Source: Clostridia bacterium
GTDB taxonomy: Bacteria > Bacillota > Clostridia > TANB77 > CAG-508
Assembly: GCA_048355915.1 (NCBI GenBank)
Contig: DBGCHZ010000010.1
Coordinates: forward strand, 7,406-71,405
Direction: 5' to 3'
Length of the DNA stretch: 64,000 bases
Of this stretch, positions 20,901 to 32,483 are shown piece by piece (within the stretch, counting starts at the first letter, position 1; the number at the start of each line of letters is the position of its first letter). The position numbers and the translations under genes were made by a program. The notes under the pieces were generated by a model. The model did no database searches. It was not told the origin of the DNA and worked only from the letters and a program-made list of their open reading frames with translations.

Positions 20901-23729
20901 TTATTCAAGATATTTCACTAAAAACTTTCCTGTATAACTTTTTTCATTTTTACAAATTTGTTCCGGAGTTCCTACTGCTATTATTTCTCCACCATTTTCT
21001 CCGCCTTCTGGTCCTAAGTCTATTATGTGGTCACAAGTTTTTATTAGGTCTAAATTATGTTCTATAACAATAATTGTATTTCCTGTATCAACTAGTCTTT
21101 GTAATATTTCTACTAATTTATGCACATCTGCTATATGCAGTCCAGTAGTTGGTTCATCTAATATATATAAAGTTTTTCCTGTTGCTCTTTTTGATAATTC
21201 TGTTGCGAGTTTAACTCTTTGTGCTTCTCCTCCTGATAAAGTTGTTGATGGTTGACCTAGTTTTATATAACTTAGTCCTACATCATATAAAGTTTGAAGC
21301 TTTTGCTTTATTTTCGGTATTTTATCAAAGAATTCTAACGCCTCTTCTACTGTCATATCTAATACATCTGCTATTGTTTTTCCTTTATATTTTACCTCTA
21401 ATGTTTCTCTATTATACCTTTTCCCTTTACATACCTCGCATGGTACATAAATGTCTGGTAAAAAGTGCATTTCTATTTTATGAACACCATCACCATTACA
21501 ACTTTCACATCTTCCTCCTGCTACATTAAAGCTAAATCTTCCTTTTTGATATCCTCTTAATTTTGCTTCTTCTGTTGCTGCAAATATATCTCTTATTAAA
21601 TCAAAAACTCCTGTATATGTTGCTGGATTTGAACGAGGTGTTCTTCCTATTGGTGATTGGTCTATATTTATTATTTTATCTATTTGATTTATTCCTTTTA
21701 TTCCTTTACATTTTCCCGGTTTTTCATTAGAACCATTTAATTCTTTTGCAATTGATTTATATAAAACCTCATTTACTAATGTTGATTTTCCTGAGCCTGA
21801 TACTCCTGTGACACAATTAAATACTCCTAGTGGAAATTTTACGCTTATATTTTTCAAGTTATTTTCTGTTGCACCTTGTATTTCAATTACTTTTGATTTT
21901 AATGTTTTTCTTCTTTTTTTAGGTACTGGTATTTTTAATCTTCCACTTAAATATTTTCCAGTTATAGATTTCTCTACATTTTTTATTTCTTCTGCTGTTC
22001 CTTGGGCCATAACTTGTCCACCATGTGTACCTGCTCCTGGACCTATATCAATTACTTGGTCTGCTGCATACATAGTATCTTCATCATGTTCTACTACTAT
22101 CAATGTATTTCCCAAATCTCTCAATTTTTTTAGCGTTGCTAACAATCTATCATTATCTCTTTGATGTAGCCCAATACTTGGTTCATCTAGAATATATAAT
22201 ACTCCTGTTAATCCTGAACCTATTTGTGTTGCTAATCTAATTCTTTGTGCTTCTCCTCCTGATAAAGTTCCTGCACTTCTTGATAGAGTTAAATATTCTA
22301 AGCCTACATCTATTAAAAATTGTAATCTTTGATGAATTTCCTTTAATATTAAATCTGAAATCATTTTTTCTGTTTTATTTAAATTTAAATTATCTAAATA
22401 ATTTTTAATTTTTCCTATTGACATTTCTGTTAATTCATTAATATTTTTATCACCTATTTTTATTGATAAAATCTCTGGTTTTAATCTTGCTCCATTACAT
22501 TCATTACAATGTGAATTACTCATATACATTTCATAAAAATCTCTCATACCTTGTGATTTTGTTTCATTATGTCGTCTGTCTAATGTTGGTATTACTCCTT
22601 CAAATGGAGCCTTAAATTTTCTTGTTCCTGCTGGTGATTGATATTCAAAGTCTATTTCTTCATTTCCTGTACCATATAATATTTTTTCTAAAAATTCTCT
22701 TGGCAAATCTTTTATTTTTTTATTTTTTATTTCTACACCATAATGTCTTCCTATACTTTCAAAATACATTTTGGCCATAGTATCTCCTTTTTTCATTGTA
22801 CTAGAACCAAATGCTTTTACTCCATCATATAAGGTTTTATTTTTATCTGGAATTATTAAATCTTCGTCCATTTTCATTAAATATCCTATACCTGTACATT
22901 TAGGACAAGCTCCCATAGGATTATTAAAAGAAAACATTCTTGGTGTTAGTTCTGGAAAACTAAATCCACAGTCAGGACAAGCATAATTACAACTATATAA
23001 TTTTTCTTTATCCCCTACTATATCTATTGTTACTAAATTATCTGCGTGTTTTAAAGCAATTTCAACAGATTCTGTTAATCTACTAACTATATCTTCTTTT
23101 ATTACTAATCTATCTACTATTAAATCAATATTATGTTTCTTTTTTCTATCAAGTTCTATATCATCTGATAATTCATATATTTCTCCATCTATTCTTACTC
23201 TGACAAATCCATCTTTTTGAAATTCTTCTAATTGCTTAGTATATTCACCTTTTCTACCTCTAACAACTGGTGCTAAAACTTGTATTCTTGTTCCTTCTTC
23301 TAATTCCATAATATTGTCTACAATTTGGTCTATTGTTTGTTTTTCTATCCTTTTTCCACATTTTGGACAATATGGTACTCCAATTCTGGCATATAAAAGA
23401 CGGATATAATCATATATTTCTGTTACTGTTCCTACTGTTGAACGAGGATTTTTAGATGTCGTTTTTTGGTCAATTGAAATTGCAGGTGACAAACCTTCTA
23501 TACTTTCTACATCTGGTTTTTCCATTAGCCCTAAAAATTGTCTTGCATATGATGATAAACTTTCTACATATCTTCTTTGACCTTCTGCATATAATGTGTC
23601 AAAAGCTAGTGAAGATTTTCCTGAACCTGATAGACCTGTTATTACAACTAATTTATCTCTTGGTATTTCTAAATTTATATTTTTTAAGTTATGTTCTTTT
23701 GCTCCTTTTATAACAATTTTGTCATTCAT
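20901..23729 (-). CDS. uvrA: excinuclease ABC subunit A
   Basis: 942 aa with two ABC ATPase modules ([26 protein letters not shown] twice) and zinc fingers. Confidence 0.97.
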   Translation of the reverse strand: MNDKIVIKGAKEHNLKNINLEIPRDKLVVITGLSGSGKSSLAFDTLYAEGQRRYVESLSSYARQFLGLMEKPDVESIEGLSPAISIDQKTTSKNPRSTVGTVTEIYDYIRLLYARIGVPYCPKCGKRIEKQTIDQIVDNIMELEEGTRIQVLAPVVRGRKGEYTKQLEEFQKDGFVRVRIDGEIYELSDDIELDRKKKHNIDLIVDRLVIKEDIVSRLTESVEIALKHADNLVTIDIVGDKEKLYSCNYACPDCGFSFPELTPRMFSFNNPMGACPKCTGIGYLMKMDEDLIIPDKNKTLYDGVKAFGSSTMKKGDTMAKMYFESIGRHYGVEIKNKKIKDLPREFLEKILYGTGNEEIDFEYQSPAGTRKFKAPFEGVIPTLDRRHNETKSQGMRDFYEMYMSNSHCNECNGARLKPEILSIKIGDKNINELTEMSIGKIKNYLDNLNLNKTEKMISDLILKEIHQRLQFLIDVGLEYLTLSRSAGTLSGGEAQRIRLATQIGSGLTGVLYILDEPSIGLHQRDNDRLLATLKKLRDLGNTLIVVEHDEDTMYAADQVIDIGPGAGTHGGQVMAQGTAEEIKNVEKSITGKYLSGRLKIPVPKKRRKTLKSKVIEIQGATENNLKNISVKFPLGVFNCVTGVSGSGKSTLVNEVLYKSIAKELNGSNEKPGKCKGIKGINQIDKIINIDQSPIGRTPRSNPATYTGVFDLIRDIFAATEEAKLRGYQKGRFSFNVAGGRCESCNGDGVHKIEMHFLPDIYVPCEVCKGKRYNRETLEVKYKGKTIADVLDMTVEEALEFFDKIPKIKQKLQTLYDVGLSYIKLGQPSTTLSGGEAQRVKLATELSKRATGKTLYILDEPTTGLHIADVHKLVEILQRLVDTGNTIIVIEHNLDLIKTCDHIIDLGPEGGENGGEIIAVGTPEQICKNEKSYTGKFLVKYLE

Positions 23730-23874
23730 AGAAATCCCTCCATTTTTATGTTCTTTATATAAAATTTAAAACTTTATTTTAATATATACAATTTGTACAT
23801 AAATAATTAAATGCGAGTTGATATTTATCTTTTTTAGTAAGTAAATTAATCAACTCGCTTTTGTTTTTTGTTGC

Positions 23875-24447
23875 TTATTTATTATCTTCTAATCTTTTTT
23901 CGTTTTCTAATATAGTCATTATTATTTGCACTGTTTTTTCTAAATCATTATTTACTAATACATAATCATATATATTGATTCTTGATTCTTCATAATCAAA
24001 TCTATTTAATCTTAAAATTATTTCTTCTGGCTTTGGCTTATCAATTCTATTTTCTAATCTATGACGCAATTCTTCTTTTGGAACTCTTAAAAAGATTGTA
24101 ACTACCTTTGTGTCTTGTCCTAAAAGCTCTTTTAAATGTTCTGTTCCATTTACATCAATATCTTTAACTATTATCTTTCCACTTGCTATTTTTTCATTTA
24201 ATAATTTTCTTGAAGTTCCATAATAATTGTTATGATGCACATCATATTCATAAAATTCTTTATTTTCTATCATTTCTTCAAATTCTTCTTTTGTTACAAA
24301 ATGATATGTTCCTCCTTCTACATCACCTTCACGCATTGGTCTAGATGTGTATGATGGAAGAGATTCCACATTTTCCATTCTTTTTATTAGCTCTTTTTTT
24401 ATTGTATCTTTCCCTGCTCCTGCAACTCCTGATAATATTACTAACAT
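23875..24447 (-). CDS. gmk: guanylate kinase-like protein
   Basis: SYTSRPMREGDVEGGTYHFV matches the guanylate kinase signature. The P-loop is atypical (GVAGAGKDT). Confidence 0.75.
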   Translation of the reverse strand: MLVILSGVAGAGKDTIKKELIKRMENVESLPSYTSRPMREGDVEGGTYHFVTKEEFEEMIENKEFYEYDVHHNNYYGTSRKLLNEKIASGKIIVKDIDVNGTEHLKELLGQDTKVVTIFLRVPKEELRHRLENRIDKPKPEEIILRLNRFDYEESRINIYDYVLVNNDLEKTVQIIMTILENEKRLEDNK

Positions 24448-24557
24448 TCTATTTACTCCTTTTGCTATTTTCCTTTTTATTTTGTAACTTTTAACTTTAT
24501 TCTTTGTTTTAGCTTTGTTCTTCTTATAATTTAGTTTTATTTTTTATTTAGATTATA

Positions 24558-24812
24558 TTAATTTTGTTCTTCGCTTTCTTCTGTACTTGTTTCTATATCT
24601 TCCTCTTCTACTACTTCATTTTCTCTCTCAATTTCAACTTTTCCTTCTGCTATTTCATTAGCTGCTAAAGTAACTGGTGATTCTTCTTTTACTTTTGTCA
24701 TAGGTTCATCTCCTGCTGCTATTTGTCTTGCTCTCCTAGATGTAGCTATAACTAATTCATATCTATTGTTTGCTTTTGTAAGTAATTCTGTAACACTTGG
24801 TTTTACTATCAT
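24558..24812 (-). CDS. rpoZ: DNA-directed RNA polymerase subunit omega
   Basis: PSVTELLTKANNRYELVIATSRRARQI. Confidence 0.9.
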   Translation of the reverse strand: MIVKPSVTELLTKANNRYELVIATSRRARQIAAGDEPMTKVKEESPVTLAANEIAEGKVEIERENEVVEEEDIETSTEESEEQN

Positions 24813-24825
24813 AATTTAATTCCTC

Positions 24826-25086
24826 CTAAATTTTATTATCATCTTGTGATATATTTTTATCAATTCTTCCACCAACAGTTTCTGGTTGAACTGCTGATAA
24901 GATAATGTGACCTGAATCCATTATCAAAACAGCTCTTGTTCTTCTTCCATAAGTAGCATCTACTGCTGTTTTATTATCTTTTGCTTCTTGTACTAATCTT
25001 TTTATTGGTGCTGATTCTGGGCTAACTATTGCAACTATTCTTTCAGCTGAAACAATATTTCCAAATCCTATATTTACTAATTGCAT
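24826..25086 (-). CDS. remA: RemA / DUF370 family regulator
   Basis: [31 protein letters not shown]. Confidence 0.9.
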   Translation of the reverse strand: MQLVNIGFGNIVSAERIVAIVSPESAPIKRLVQEAKDNKTAVDATYGRRTRAVLIMDSGHIILSAVQPETVGGRIDKNISQDDNKI

Positions 25087-25101
25087 ATAATTCAATCCTT
25101 C

Positions 25102-25978
25102 CTATTCTATATTTTGAATTTGTTCCCTAATGTCCTCTAAACCGTGTTTTTATTTCTATTACTGCATTTGTTATTTCTAAATTGTTTGCTTTTGAACCTA
25201 TTGTATTTGTTTCTCTATTCATTTCTTGAATTAGAAAGTCTAATTTTTTTCCTATTGCTTCATTACTATTTAATATTTGCTTAAATTGAGCTATATGACT
25301 ATCTAATCTTGTAACCTCTTCTTGAATTGAACATTTATCTGCATATATAACTGTTTCTTGGGCTAATCGATTTTTATCAATATCTTGATCTGTTAACAAT
25401 TCTTTTATTCTACCTTCTAATTTTACTACATATTCTTGAATAAGTCCAGTAGAAAGTTCAGATATTTCTTTTACCTTTTCATTTATTATATCTAATCTGT
25501 TTATTAAATCTGTTTCTATCTTATTTCCTTCTGCTCCCCTCATTGCTATTAAATTATCAACTGCATTTGTTATTACTTTTTCTAGTTCTTTTTCAATTAT
25601 GTCATCTTCTTGTGTGTTTTGTATATTTAGAACTTCTGGTAATTTAGCTATTTCCATTACATTTATATCTGAAATAAGATTTTCACTTTCTGCCAAATCT
25701 TTTAATTCTTTTATATACATTTTAGCAATTTCTGTATTTATTTTTATATTTTTTCCTTCTGTTGAGTTATTTATAAAATTTACATATACATCAAATTTTC
25801 CTCTTTTTACTTTTGAAGCTATTATTTTTTTCATTTTTTCTTCTAAATAACTTAGAGTTCTAGGTAATTTCATTGATATATCTAAATATCTGTGATTTAC
25901 ACTTTTTATTTCAACTTGATATTCTCTACAATCTATTATTAAAGATTCCTTTCCATATCCTGTCATGCTTTTAATCAT
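25102..25978 (-). CDS. yicC: YicC/YloC family endoribonuclease; needs a +1 shift at the in-frame CGG (25142-25144) to give the conserved C-terminus
   Basis: The 0-frame ends EIKTRFRGH*. Skipping the C (plus-strand G at 25144) gives EIKT-GLEDIREQIQNIE* with the stop at 25102-25104, matching the family C-terminus. Confidence 0.85.
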
Positions 25979-27050
25979 TTTCTTCTACCTCTTTTTTTGG
26001 TTTTCTTCCTCTTTTACTTTTTGGCTTTTGAACTTGGTTCTTTTCTTCATTTTTGCTTTCTTCTTGTTTTTTATTTTCATCTTTTTTTATAACTTTTTCT
26101 GTTTCTTCTATTTCTTTTTTTGATGCTTTACTTTTATTTTTTGTACCTTTGCTCTTTGTAGATGTCTTGTTTATTTCTTCTTTATCCTCTTTATCAGTTG
26201 TCTTTTTAGTTTTCTTAGCTATTTTATTTTCTTGTATTTCTTCTATTTGTTCTGCTTTTTCCTTAGCTTTTATTTTAACATCTTTTTCAGCTTTCTTAGT
26301 AGTAGTTTTTCTTTTTGTTTTAGGTTCTTTTTGATTTTTTGGATTTGTTTCTTCTTTTTCTAATTTATCTTTTTTTAATTCTTTTTTATCCTTTTTTATA
26401 TTATTAGCTTCTTTTTTAGATGTTTTTTCTTTATTCTTTGCATTCTTTTTGCTTTCTATTACTTTACTTTCTGTTATATCTTCTATTTCATTATCATCAT
26501 CTGTTATATTCCTTTTTTTTGCCTCTTTAACTGTTGGTTCATCTTTCTTTACTATGTCTGAAACATCGCTAAAACTAAGTAAATATTTTCTTCTTGACTT
26601 AGTATATATTATAATTGTTTTTAATACATAATAAATTGCAAAAACATATGATGAAGTTAGTAAATATAATCTAAAATCATAATTTAATACTTTTGTAACA
26701 TGATTTATAAATAAGCTATGCATTGATAATACTAATAATTCTATACCAGTTATTGCTAATGTTCCATTGTCTTTTTTATATGCAATCTCTATTATAACTA
26801 TTCCAGTAACTAATAACACAGTAGCACATATTTTTACAATATCTAACAACATATTTTCTTGTAAATTCGTATATAAAATATTTAATGTTATAAAATATAC
26901 CATAATAAAAATTGCTACTATCAAATTTTTTAGTATCTTTTTTAATATGCCTTGTGAAATTTCTTTTGGCATTTTCTTATTTTTTTCTTCTATTTTTATC
27001 ATTGCATTAGTACTTTCCTTATTAATTTTTTTATTCTTTTCTTTTAGCAT
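25971..27050 (-). CDS. polytopic membrane protein with long K/E-rich C-terminal tail
   Basis: ORF track. Overlaps the yicC start by 8 nt. Confidence 0.7.
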   Translation of the reverse strand: MLKEKNKKINKESTNAMIKIEEKNKKMPKEISQGILKKILKNLIVAIFIMVYFITLNILYTNLQENMLLDIVKICATVLLVTGIVIIEIAYKKDNGTLAITGIELLVLSMHSLFINHVTKVLNYDFRLYLLTSSYVFAIYYVLKTIIIYTKSRRKYLLSFSDVSDIVKKDEPTVKEAKKRNITDDDNEIEDITESKVIESKKNAKNKEKTSKKEANNIKKDKKELKKDKLEKEETNPKNQKEPKTKRKTTTKKAEKDVKIKAKEKAEQIEEIQENKIAKKTKKTTDKEDKEEINKTSTKSKGTKNKSKASKKEIEETEKVIKKDENKKQEESKNEEKNQVQKPKSKRGRKPKKEVEEND

Positions 27051-27059
27051 TTCTTCCTC

Positions 27060-27809
27060 CTAAATTTCTAGTTCATACATTAATATACTAATCATATTTA
27101 AAGCTACTGTTTCCGTTCTAAGAATTCTTTTTCCGAGAGTTATTACCTTAGCACCATTTTCTTGAATTTCTTTTACCTCATCTTCTTCTAGTCCTCCTTC
27201 TGGACCAATTACAATGGCTATTTTCTTCTTGTCTTTTTCTAATTTTTTTAATTTATCTATTTCAAATTTTAAATAATTATTTTCTTCTTTTTCATATGCT
27301 ACTAATATTGCATCATATTCCTCAATTCTATCTACAATTTCTTTTATTTTAATAACTTGTCCTATTTTAGGAATAATTCCTCTACCACATTGCTTTGATG
27401 CTACCTCAGAAATTTTTTGCCATCTTTCTACTTTTTTTATTTTATCTTTATCTTTTAACTTTACAACACATCTTTTCATATCCACTGGAATTATTTTATT
27501 TACTCCCAATTCAACTGATTTTTGTATTATCAGTTCCATTTTATCTGCTTTTGGCAAACCTTGAAAAATTGTTATTTCTACATTTGACTCCGAATCATTT
27601 TGTTTTTCTGAAATAATTTTACAAGTTACATAATCGCTTGTAAGTTCTTCAATCTCACATTTATAATCTTTCATTTCATCTGTATTGCAAATATCTATTT
27701 TATCTTCAATTTTTGCTCTTAATACATTTTTTATATGATTTACATCTTTACCTTTTATTTTTATTTTATCATTTTCAATTTCATTTGATGTCACAAAAAA
27801 TTTAGGCAT
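27060..27809 (-). CDS. rsmE: 16S rRNA (uracil1498-N3)-methyltransferase RsmE
   Basis: IFQGLPKADKMELIIQKSVELGV and the C-terminal ILRTETVAL. Confidence 0.9.
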   Translation of the reverse strand: MPKFFVTSNEIENDKIKIKGKDVNHIKNVLRAKIEDKIDICNTDEMKDYKCEIEELTSDYVTCKIISEKQNDSESNVEITIFQGLPKADKMELIIQKSVELGVNKIIPVDMKRCVVKLKDKDKIKKVERWQKISEVASKQCGRGIIPKIGQVIKIKEIVDRIEEYDAILVAYEKEENNYLKFEIDKLKKLEKDKKKIAIVIGPEGGLEEDEVKEIQENGAKVITLGKRILRTETVALNMISILMYELEI

Positions 27810-27989
27810 ATCCTACCTCCTAATTTTTTTGTAAATTATATCATAAAATTGAATGAAATTCTACAATTTAAATTCATTTTCATAATTTATATAACTATTT
27901 TTTTACTGAATTTGCTTTTTAGTAATATTACATATTAATTCAACACTTAAATTAACTTTTATATATTCTATAATTTAATATAATTTTTA

Positions 27990-28343
27990 CTAATTTTCAT
28001 CTATATTATCCATCAGTTCTTTTGTTTCTTTCCAATTTAAAACTTTCAAACATTCATAATCTTTGGATAATTTTTTTGCTATTATTTTTGTATCATCGTT
28101 AGATTCTAAATCTGCTACTATGACATTTTTTAGTTCTTCTTCTCTACCATATAATATTTTAAATAAAATTGAACGCAAAAATCCTTCAATCTTATTTTCT
28201 TGATTTTTTACTGCAATTATAACATATATTCCATCTGATTTTAATTTTGTATATGTACATATATATATAATATTTTTTACAAGCTCAAATAACCCATAAA
28301 AGGCTAATGTCCAGAACATTGTACTGAATATAAATTCTAGCAT
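27990..28343 (-). CDS. hypothetical small membrane protein
   Basis: ORF track. AGGAGG lies upstream. Confidence 0.55.
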   Translation of the reverse strand: MLEFIFSTMFWTLAFYGLFELVKNIIYICTYTKLKSDGIYVIIAVKNQENKIEGFLRSILFKILYGREEELKNVIVADLESNDDTKIIAKKLSKDYECLKVLNWKETKELMDNIDEN

Positions 28344-28483
28344 TTTAATTCCTCCTATGAGTTATTATATGTTTTTTCATGTTTTTTGTGATTTTAAATT
28401 CTGTTTCCCAAACAGTTTTTTATTCTTATTACTTTATGTATTATTTACTTTTTATAATCAATTAATTTAACAATTTTATCTGC

Positions 28484-28517
28484 AAAAAAAGAGTTAAATA
28501 TAAAATTCAACTCTTTT
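28484..28517 (-). terminator. intrinsic terminator ending the alpha operon (after rplQ)
   Basis: Minus strand: AAAGAGTT-loop-AACTCTTT followed by T7. Confidence 0.75.
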
Positions 28518-28526
28518 TCCAATCAA

Positions 28527-29063
28527 TTATATTAATTGTAATATAGCAACCTCTGCTCCGTCTCCTCTTCTTGGACCAGCTTTAACTATTCTTGTATAAC
28601 CTCCAACATTTTTACCTGCGTATTTTGGAGCTATTTCATTAAATAGTTTATCTAATAAATCTACATTATTACCATTGCTATCTTTTACTTTGTTTATTTT
28701 TTTCATCATTTTTCTTCTTGCATTTAATCTTGATGGCATGTCTTTTTGTCTTTTTTCTACTTTTTCTTCTTTTACAACTTTTAAGTATTCTTTTCCGTTT
28801 TTGCTTTTAACTAGTTCTGTTACTTTATTTCCATTATCATCTAGTTTAGCTTTAACTACTTTAACATCTACCATTTCAAAATTATCTTTTTCTTTTATTG
28901 CAAGTGATATTATGCTATCAGCAATTGATTTTACTTCTTTTGCTCTTGCTAATGTTGTTTCAACTTTACCATGCATAATTAAGTCTGTTGTTAAAGTTCT
29001 TAACATTGCCATTCTAACATCTGTTTTTCTACCTAATTTTCTATTTGTAGCCACTTTTTTCAC
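28527..29063 (-). CDS. rplQ: 50S ribosomal protein L17, with an internal insertion of about 50 aa
   Basis: Conserved ends (RKLGRKTDVRMAMLR..., GGYTRIVKAGPRRGDGAEVAILQLI). 178 aa, versus 120 aa for the B. subtilis homolog as I recall it. Confidence 0.9.
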   Translation of the reverse strand: MKKVATNRKLGRKTDVRMAMLRTLTTDLIMHGKVETTLARAKEVKSIADSIISLAIKEKDNFEMVDVKVVKAKLDDNGNKVTELVKSKNGKEYLKVVKEEKVEKRQKDMPSRLNARRKMMKKINKVKDSNGNNVDLLDKLFNEIAPKYAGKNVGGYTRIVKAGPRRGDGAEVAILQLI

Positions 29064-29083
29064 CTTCCCTTATTTATATATTC

Positions 29084-30031
29084 CTATTCATCATCTTTAG
29101 CAAAGTCTAATCCTAATGCATGTAATTTTGCAGTTACTTCATCAAAAGATTTCTTTCCTAAATTTCTTACCTTCATCATATCTGCTTCTGTTTTATTTGT
29201 TAAATCTTCAACTGTTGCAATTCCTGCTCTCTTTAAACAGTTAAATGATCTTACAGATAATTCAAGTTCTTCGATTGACATTTCTAAGACTTTTTCTTTC
29301 TTAGATTCTTCTTTTTCAACCATTACTTGTGTATTTTTAGCTGCTTCTGATAAGTCAATAAATAATTCTAAATGACCTGTCATTACTTTTGCTGCTAAGC
29401 TTAATGCTTCATGAGCTTTAAGACTTCCATCTGTCCAAACTTCTATTACTAATTTATCATAATCTACCATTTGTCCAACTCTAGTGTTTTCTACTTGATA
29501 ATTTACTTTTTTTACTGGTGTATAGATAGAATCAATTGGAAGAACAGATATATCTTGATTTGGTTTTTTATTTTTATCAGATGAGTTATATCCTCTACCT
29601 CTATCAGCAGTCATTTCCATTTGTAGGTTTCCACCTTCTGAAACAGTTGCTATATGTAAATCTGGATTTAATACCTCTACTGTTCCATCTGTTATTATAT
29701 CTCCTGCTAATACTTCACCTTCACCTTTATGGTCTATTCTTAAAACTTTTTCTTCATTTCCATCAAATTTTAGTCTAACATTTTTTAAGTTTACTATTAT
29801 TTCTGGTACATCTTCTACAACATTAGCAACTGTTGAGAATTCATGTAATACGCCATCAATTTTAACACTTGTTATTGCACATCCTGGAAGTGATGAAAGT
29901 AGTATTCTTCTTAGAGAATTCCCTATTGTAACTCCATAACCTCTTTCTAATGGTTCACATACAAATTTTGCATAATTATTTGTATCATCTACCTCTAGAC
30001 ATTCAATATTTGGCTTTTCAAATTCTATCAT
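29084..30031 (-). CDS. rpoA: DNA-directed RNA polymerase subunit alpha
   Basis: Full-length RpoA homology. Confidence 0.97.
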   Translation of the reverse strand: MIEFEKPNIECLEVDDTNNYAKFVCEPLERGYGVTIGNSLRRILLSSLPGCAITSVKIDGVLHEFSTVANVVEDVPEIIVNLKNVRLKFDGNEEKVLRIDHKGEGEVLAGDIITDGTVEVLNPDLHIATVSEGGNLQMEMTADRGRGYNSSDKNKKPNQDISVLPIDSIYTPVKKVNYQVENTRVGQMVDYDKLVIEVWTDGSLKAHEALSLAAKVMTGHLELFIDLSEAAKNTQVMVEKEESKKEKVLEMSIEELELSVRSFNCLKRAGIATVEDLTNKTEADMMKVRNLGKKSFDEVTAKLHALGLDFAKDDE

Positions 30032-30139
30032 TTTTACCTCCTAATATTAGAGAATACATCTCAAACTTTTTAAAAAACTTCATAGGTTTCTTTAGTAAAT
30101 TTCTTAAAGTTTTGACTAAACTTTTATTATCTACTATTA

Positions 30140-30766
30140 TTATTTTGAGTAAAGCTCTACTATTAAATGTTCCTCGATTGGAAGATCTATATCTTCTCTA
30201 GAAGCTAATCTGATTACTTTACCACTCATTTTTTCGCTGTCTTTTTCTAACCAAGCTGGAATTGGTCTTTTGCTAGATTCTTCAACATTTACTTTAATAG
30301 TACTGTTATCTTTTTTGCTTTCTTTTACAGATATAACATCTCCTGGTTTTACTAAGTAAGATGGTATATCAACTCTTTTTCCATTAACTTCAAATTGAGC
30401 ATGGTTTACAAATTGTCTTGCTTGTGCTCTTGATGTACCAAATCCTAATCTATATACAACATTATCTAATCTGCTTTCTAATATTTGTAATAGATTTTCA
30501 CCTGTTACACCTTTTTTGTTTGAAGCCATTTCAAAATATTTTCTAAATTGTTTTTCTCCAACTCCATAATATGCTTTAGTTTTTTGTTTTTCTCTTAATT
30601 GAGTTCCGTATTCAGAAAGTTTTGCTCTTTTTTGTCCATGTTGTCCTGGTGCGTAATTTCTTCTTGAAATACTACATTTATCAGAATAACATCTTTCACC
30701 TTTTAAGAACAATTTTTGTCCTTCTCTACGGCATCTACGACATTGTTCATCTTTATATCTTGCCAT
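30140..30766 (-). CDS. rpsD: 30S ribosomal protein S4
   Basis: [26 protein letters not shown]. Confidence 0.97.
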   Translation of the reverse strand: MARYKDEQCRRCRREGQKLFLKGERCYSDKCSISRRNYAPGQHGQKRAKLSEYGTQLREKQKTKAYYGVGEKQFRKYFEMASNKKGVTGENLLQILESRLDNVVYRLGFGTSRAQARQFVNHAQFEVNGKRVDIPSYLVKPGDVISVKESKKDNSTIKVNVEESSKRPIPAWLEKDSEKMSGKVIRLASREDIDLPIEEHLIVELYSK

Positions 30767-30916
30767 TTTATTTCTCCTTTCTTTTCTAATGACAAAGGAT
30801 AATTTTTTCTATTCTAAACTAATAGAATTTTTTCCTTGTTACTTGGATATTTTTAAAATTTCTTTGACATAATGATACTATATATCTTTTTATATGTCAT
30901 TTTATATAAATTCTAA

Positions 30917-31315
30917 TTAAACTCTTCTTCTTTTTGGTGGTCTACAACCATTGTGTGGTATTGGTGTTACATCTTTGATTGCACTTATTTCTAATCCTGC
31001 TGTTTGTAATGCTCTAATTGCTGCTTCTCTACCAGCTCCAGGACCTTTAACAAATACTTCTACTGATTTTAAACCATGTTCCATTGCTGTTTTTGCTGCT
31101 GTTTCAGCAACTTGACCAGCTGCAAATGGTGTACTTTTTCTAGAACCTTTGAATCCTAATTCTCCAGCACTTCCCCAAGATATTGCATTACCTTGTACAT
31201 CTGTTATTGTTACTATTGTATTATTGAAACTAGAATGGATATGTGCTTGACCTTTTTCTATATTTTTTCTATTTCTTCTTGCAACTGTTTTTCTAGTAGT
31301 ATTTTTATTAGCCAT
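30917..31315 (-). CDS. rpsK: 30S ribosomal protein S11
   Basis: [18 protein letters not shown]. Confidence 0.97.
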   Translation of the reverse strand: MANKNTTRKTVARRNRKNIEKGQAHIHSSFNNTIVTITDVQGNAISWGSAGELGFKGSRKSTPFAAGQVAETAAKTAMEHGLKSVEVFVKGPGAGREAAIRALQTAGLEISAIKDVTPIPHNGCRPPKRRRV

Positions 31316-31370
31316 TATCTATTTCCCTCCTTATAAGCATTAGATATTTTCTATATAAGATTTCTTTTAA

Positions 31371-31739
31371 TTATTTTTTGCTTTTACTAACTAATTTTCT
31401 AGGACCTTTTCTTGTTCTAGCATTAGTTTTTGTTCTTTGACCTCTAACTGGAAGACCTTTTCTGTGTCTTAGTCCTCTATAGCATCCTATTTCTGTTAAT
31501 CTCTTGATGTTTAATGCTACTTCTCTTCTTAAATCACCTTCAACTGTATATGATTCGTCAATAACTTTTCTTATGCTATTAACTTCATCATCTGTTAAGT
31601 CTTTTATTCTTGTATCTGGGTTTATTCCAGCTTTTTCTAAGATTTTTCTAGAACTTGTTACACCTATTCCATAAATATATGTAAGTCCTATTTCTACTCT
31701 TTTTTCTTTAGGTAAATCTACTCCTGCTATACGAGCCAT
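31371..31739 (-). CDS. rpsM: 30S ribosomal protein S13
   Basis: [33 protein letters not shown] lies upstream of the ATG at 31739. Confidence 0.97.
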   Translation of the reverse strand: MARIAGVDLPKEKRVEIGLTYIYGIGVTSSRKILEKAGINPDTRIKDLTDDEVNSIRKVIDESYTVEGDLRREVALNIKRLTEIGCYRGLRHRKGLPVRGQRTKTNARTRKGPRKLVSKSKK

Positions 31740-31926
31740 ATTTTTTTGCACCTCCAAAATTTTTTATTTTGTTGTTTGTCCAATTTTGTCTTAAAGGTGA
31801 AATGCACTAGCGTTTACTCTAGTCTTTAAGCTTTTAAAGGACATATATATAAACACAAATTTGATATGTAAACCTTCTTGGGTTTCACAGCCGCTACCTA
31901 ATTTGTGTTATTAACTTATTTAAGGA
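31740..31926 (-). promoter_or_regulatory. 187-nt structured spacer between rpmJ and rpsM; candidate alpha-operon (S4-responsive) leader
   Basis: 10-bp helix AACACAAATT/AATTTGTGTT (plus 31852-31861 with 31900-31909) encloses a GC-richer hairpin. Confidence 0.35.
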
Positions 31927-32040
31927 TTAACCTTGTCTTTGTTTGTGTTTAGGGTTTTCACAAATAACTCTAATTACACCTTTTCTTTTTATTATCTTAC
32001 ATTTATCGCATATTTTTTTAACTGATGGTCTTACTTTCAT
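31927..32040 (-). CDS. rpmJ: 50S ribosomal protein L36
   Basis: [37 protein letters not shown]. Below the ORF-track cutoff. Confidence 0.95.
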   Translation of the reverse strand: MKVRPSVKKICDKCKIIKRKGVIRVICENPKHKQRQG

Positions 32041-32175
32041 TTTTGCACCTCCCTTAAATTTTACATGGATTATTTTTTCCAATGAATAGATATATTTTTG
32101 GGTTAATTTTTAACTTTTACTAATATTTAATTTATATAAACCTAGTTAAATATTTATTTCTTTTGTATTCTTATA

Positions 32176-32394
32176 TTATTTTGCTCTCCAAGTGATTCTG
32201 CCTCTATTTAAGTCATATGGTGAAAGTTCAACTTTTACCTTATCACCTGGTAAAATTTTTATATAATTCATTCTTAATTTACCTGAAATATGAGCTAATA
32301 TTTGATGTCCATTTTCAAGTTCTACTTTAAAGTTAGTATTTGGTAGTGATTCTACAACTACTCCTTCAACCTCAATAACATCTTCTTTTGCCAA
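32176..32394 (-). CDS. infA: translation initiation factor IF-1 (TTG start)
   Basis: [52 protein letters not shown] lies 5 nt before the TTG at 32394, giving the canonical 72 aa. Confidence 0.95.
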   Translation of the reverse strand: MAKEDVIEVEGVVVESLPNTNFKVELENGHQILAHISGKLRMNYIKILPGDKVKVELSPYDLNRGRITWRAK

Positions 32395-32483
32395 ATTTTC
32401 CCCCTCCTTAAAGAGCAAATTTTTTATATTTTTTTACAAAATTATCCTATTATGGATAATAACTACTTAAGTATACAACATTA

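Noticed and set aside
23813-23858. The hairpin GCGAGTTGAT...ATCAACTCGC between gmk and uvrA shares ATCAACTCG with the GH57 terminator at 15549-15574, raising the possibility of a second repeat family
   Set aside because: There are only two copies and about 10-13 nt of identity, and both can be explained as ordinary terminator stems. The evidence is insufficient.
25142-25144. Motif-specific sequencing or basecalling error at CCG as the sole explanation for the four frameshifts
   Set aside because: Not fully rejected. It is weakened because identical local contexts (e.g. CTCCGT at about 3919 and 17890) are intact when not in frame, none of the sites is a homopolymer, and all four events are insertions of the same base before a Gly codon. 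It is kept as the main alternative in the finding.
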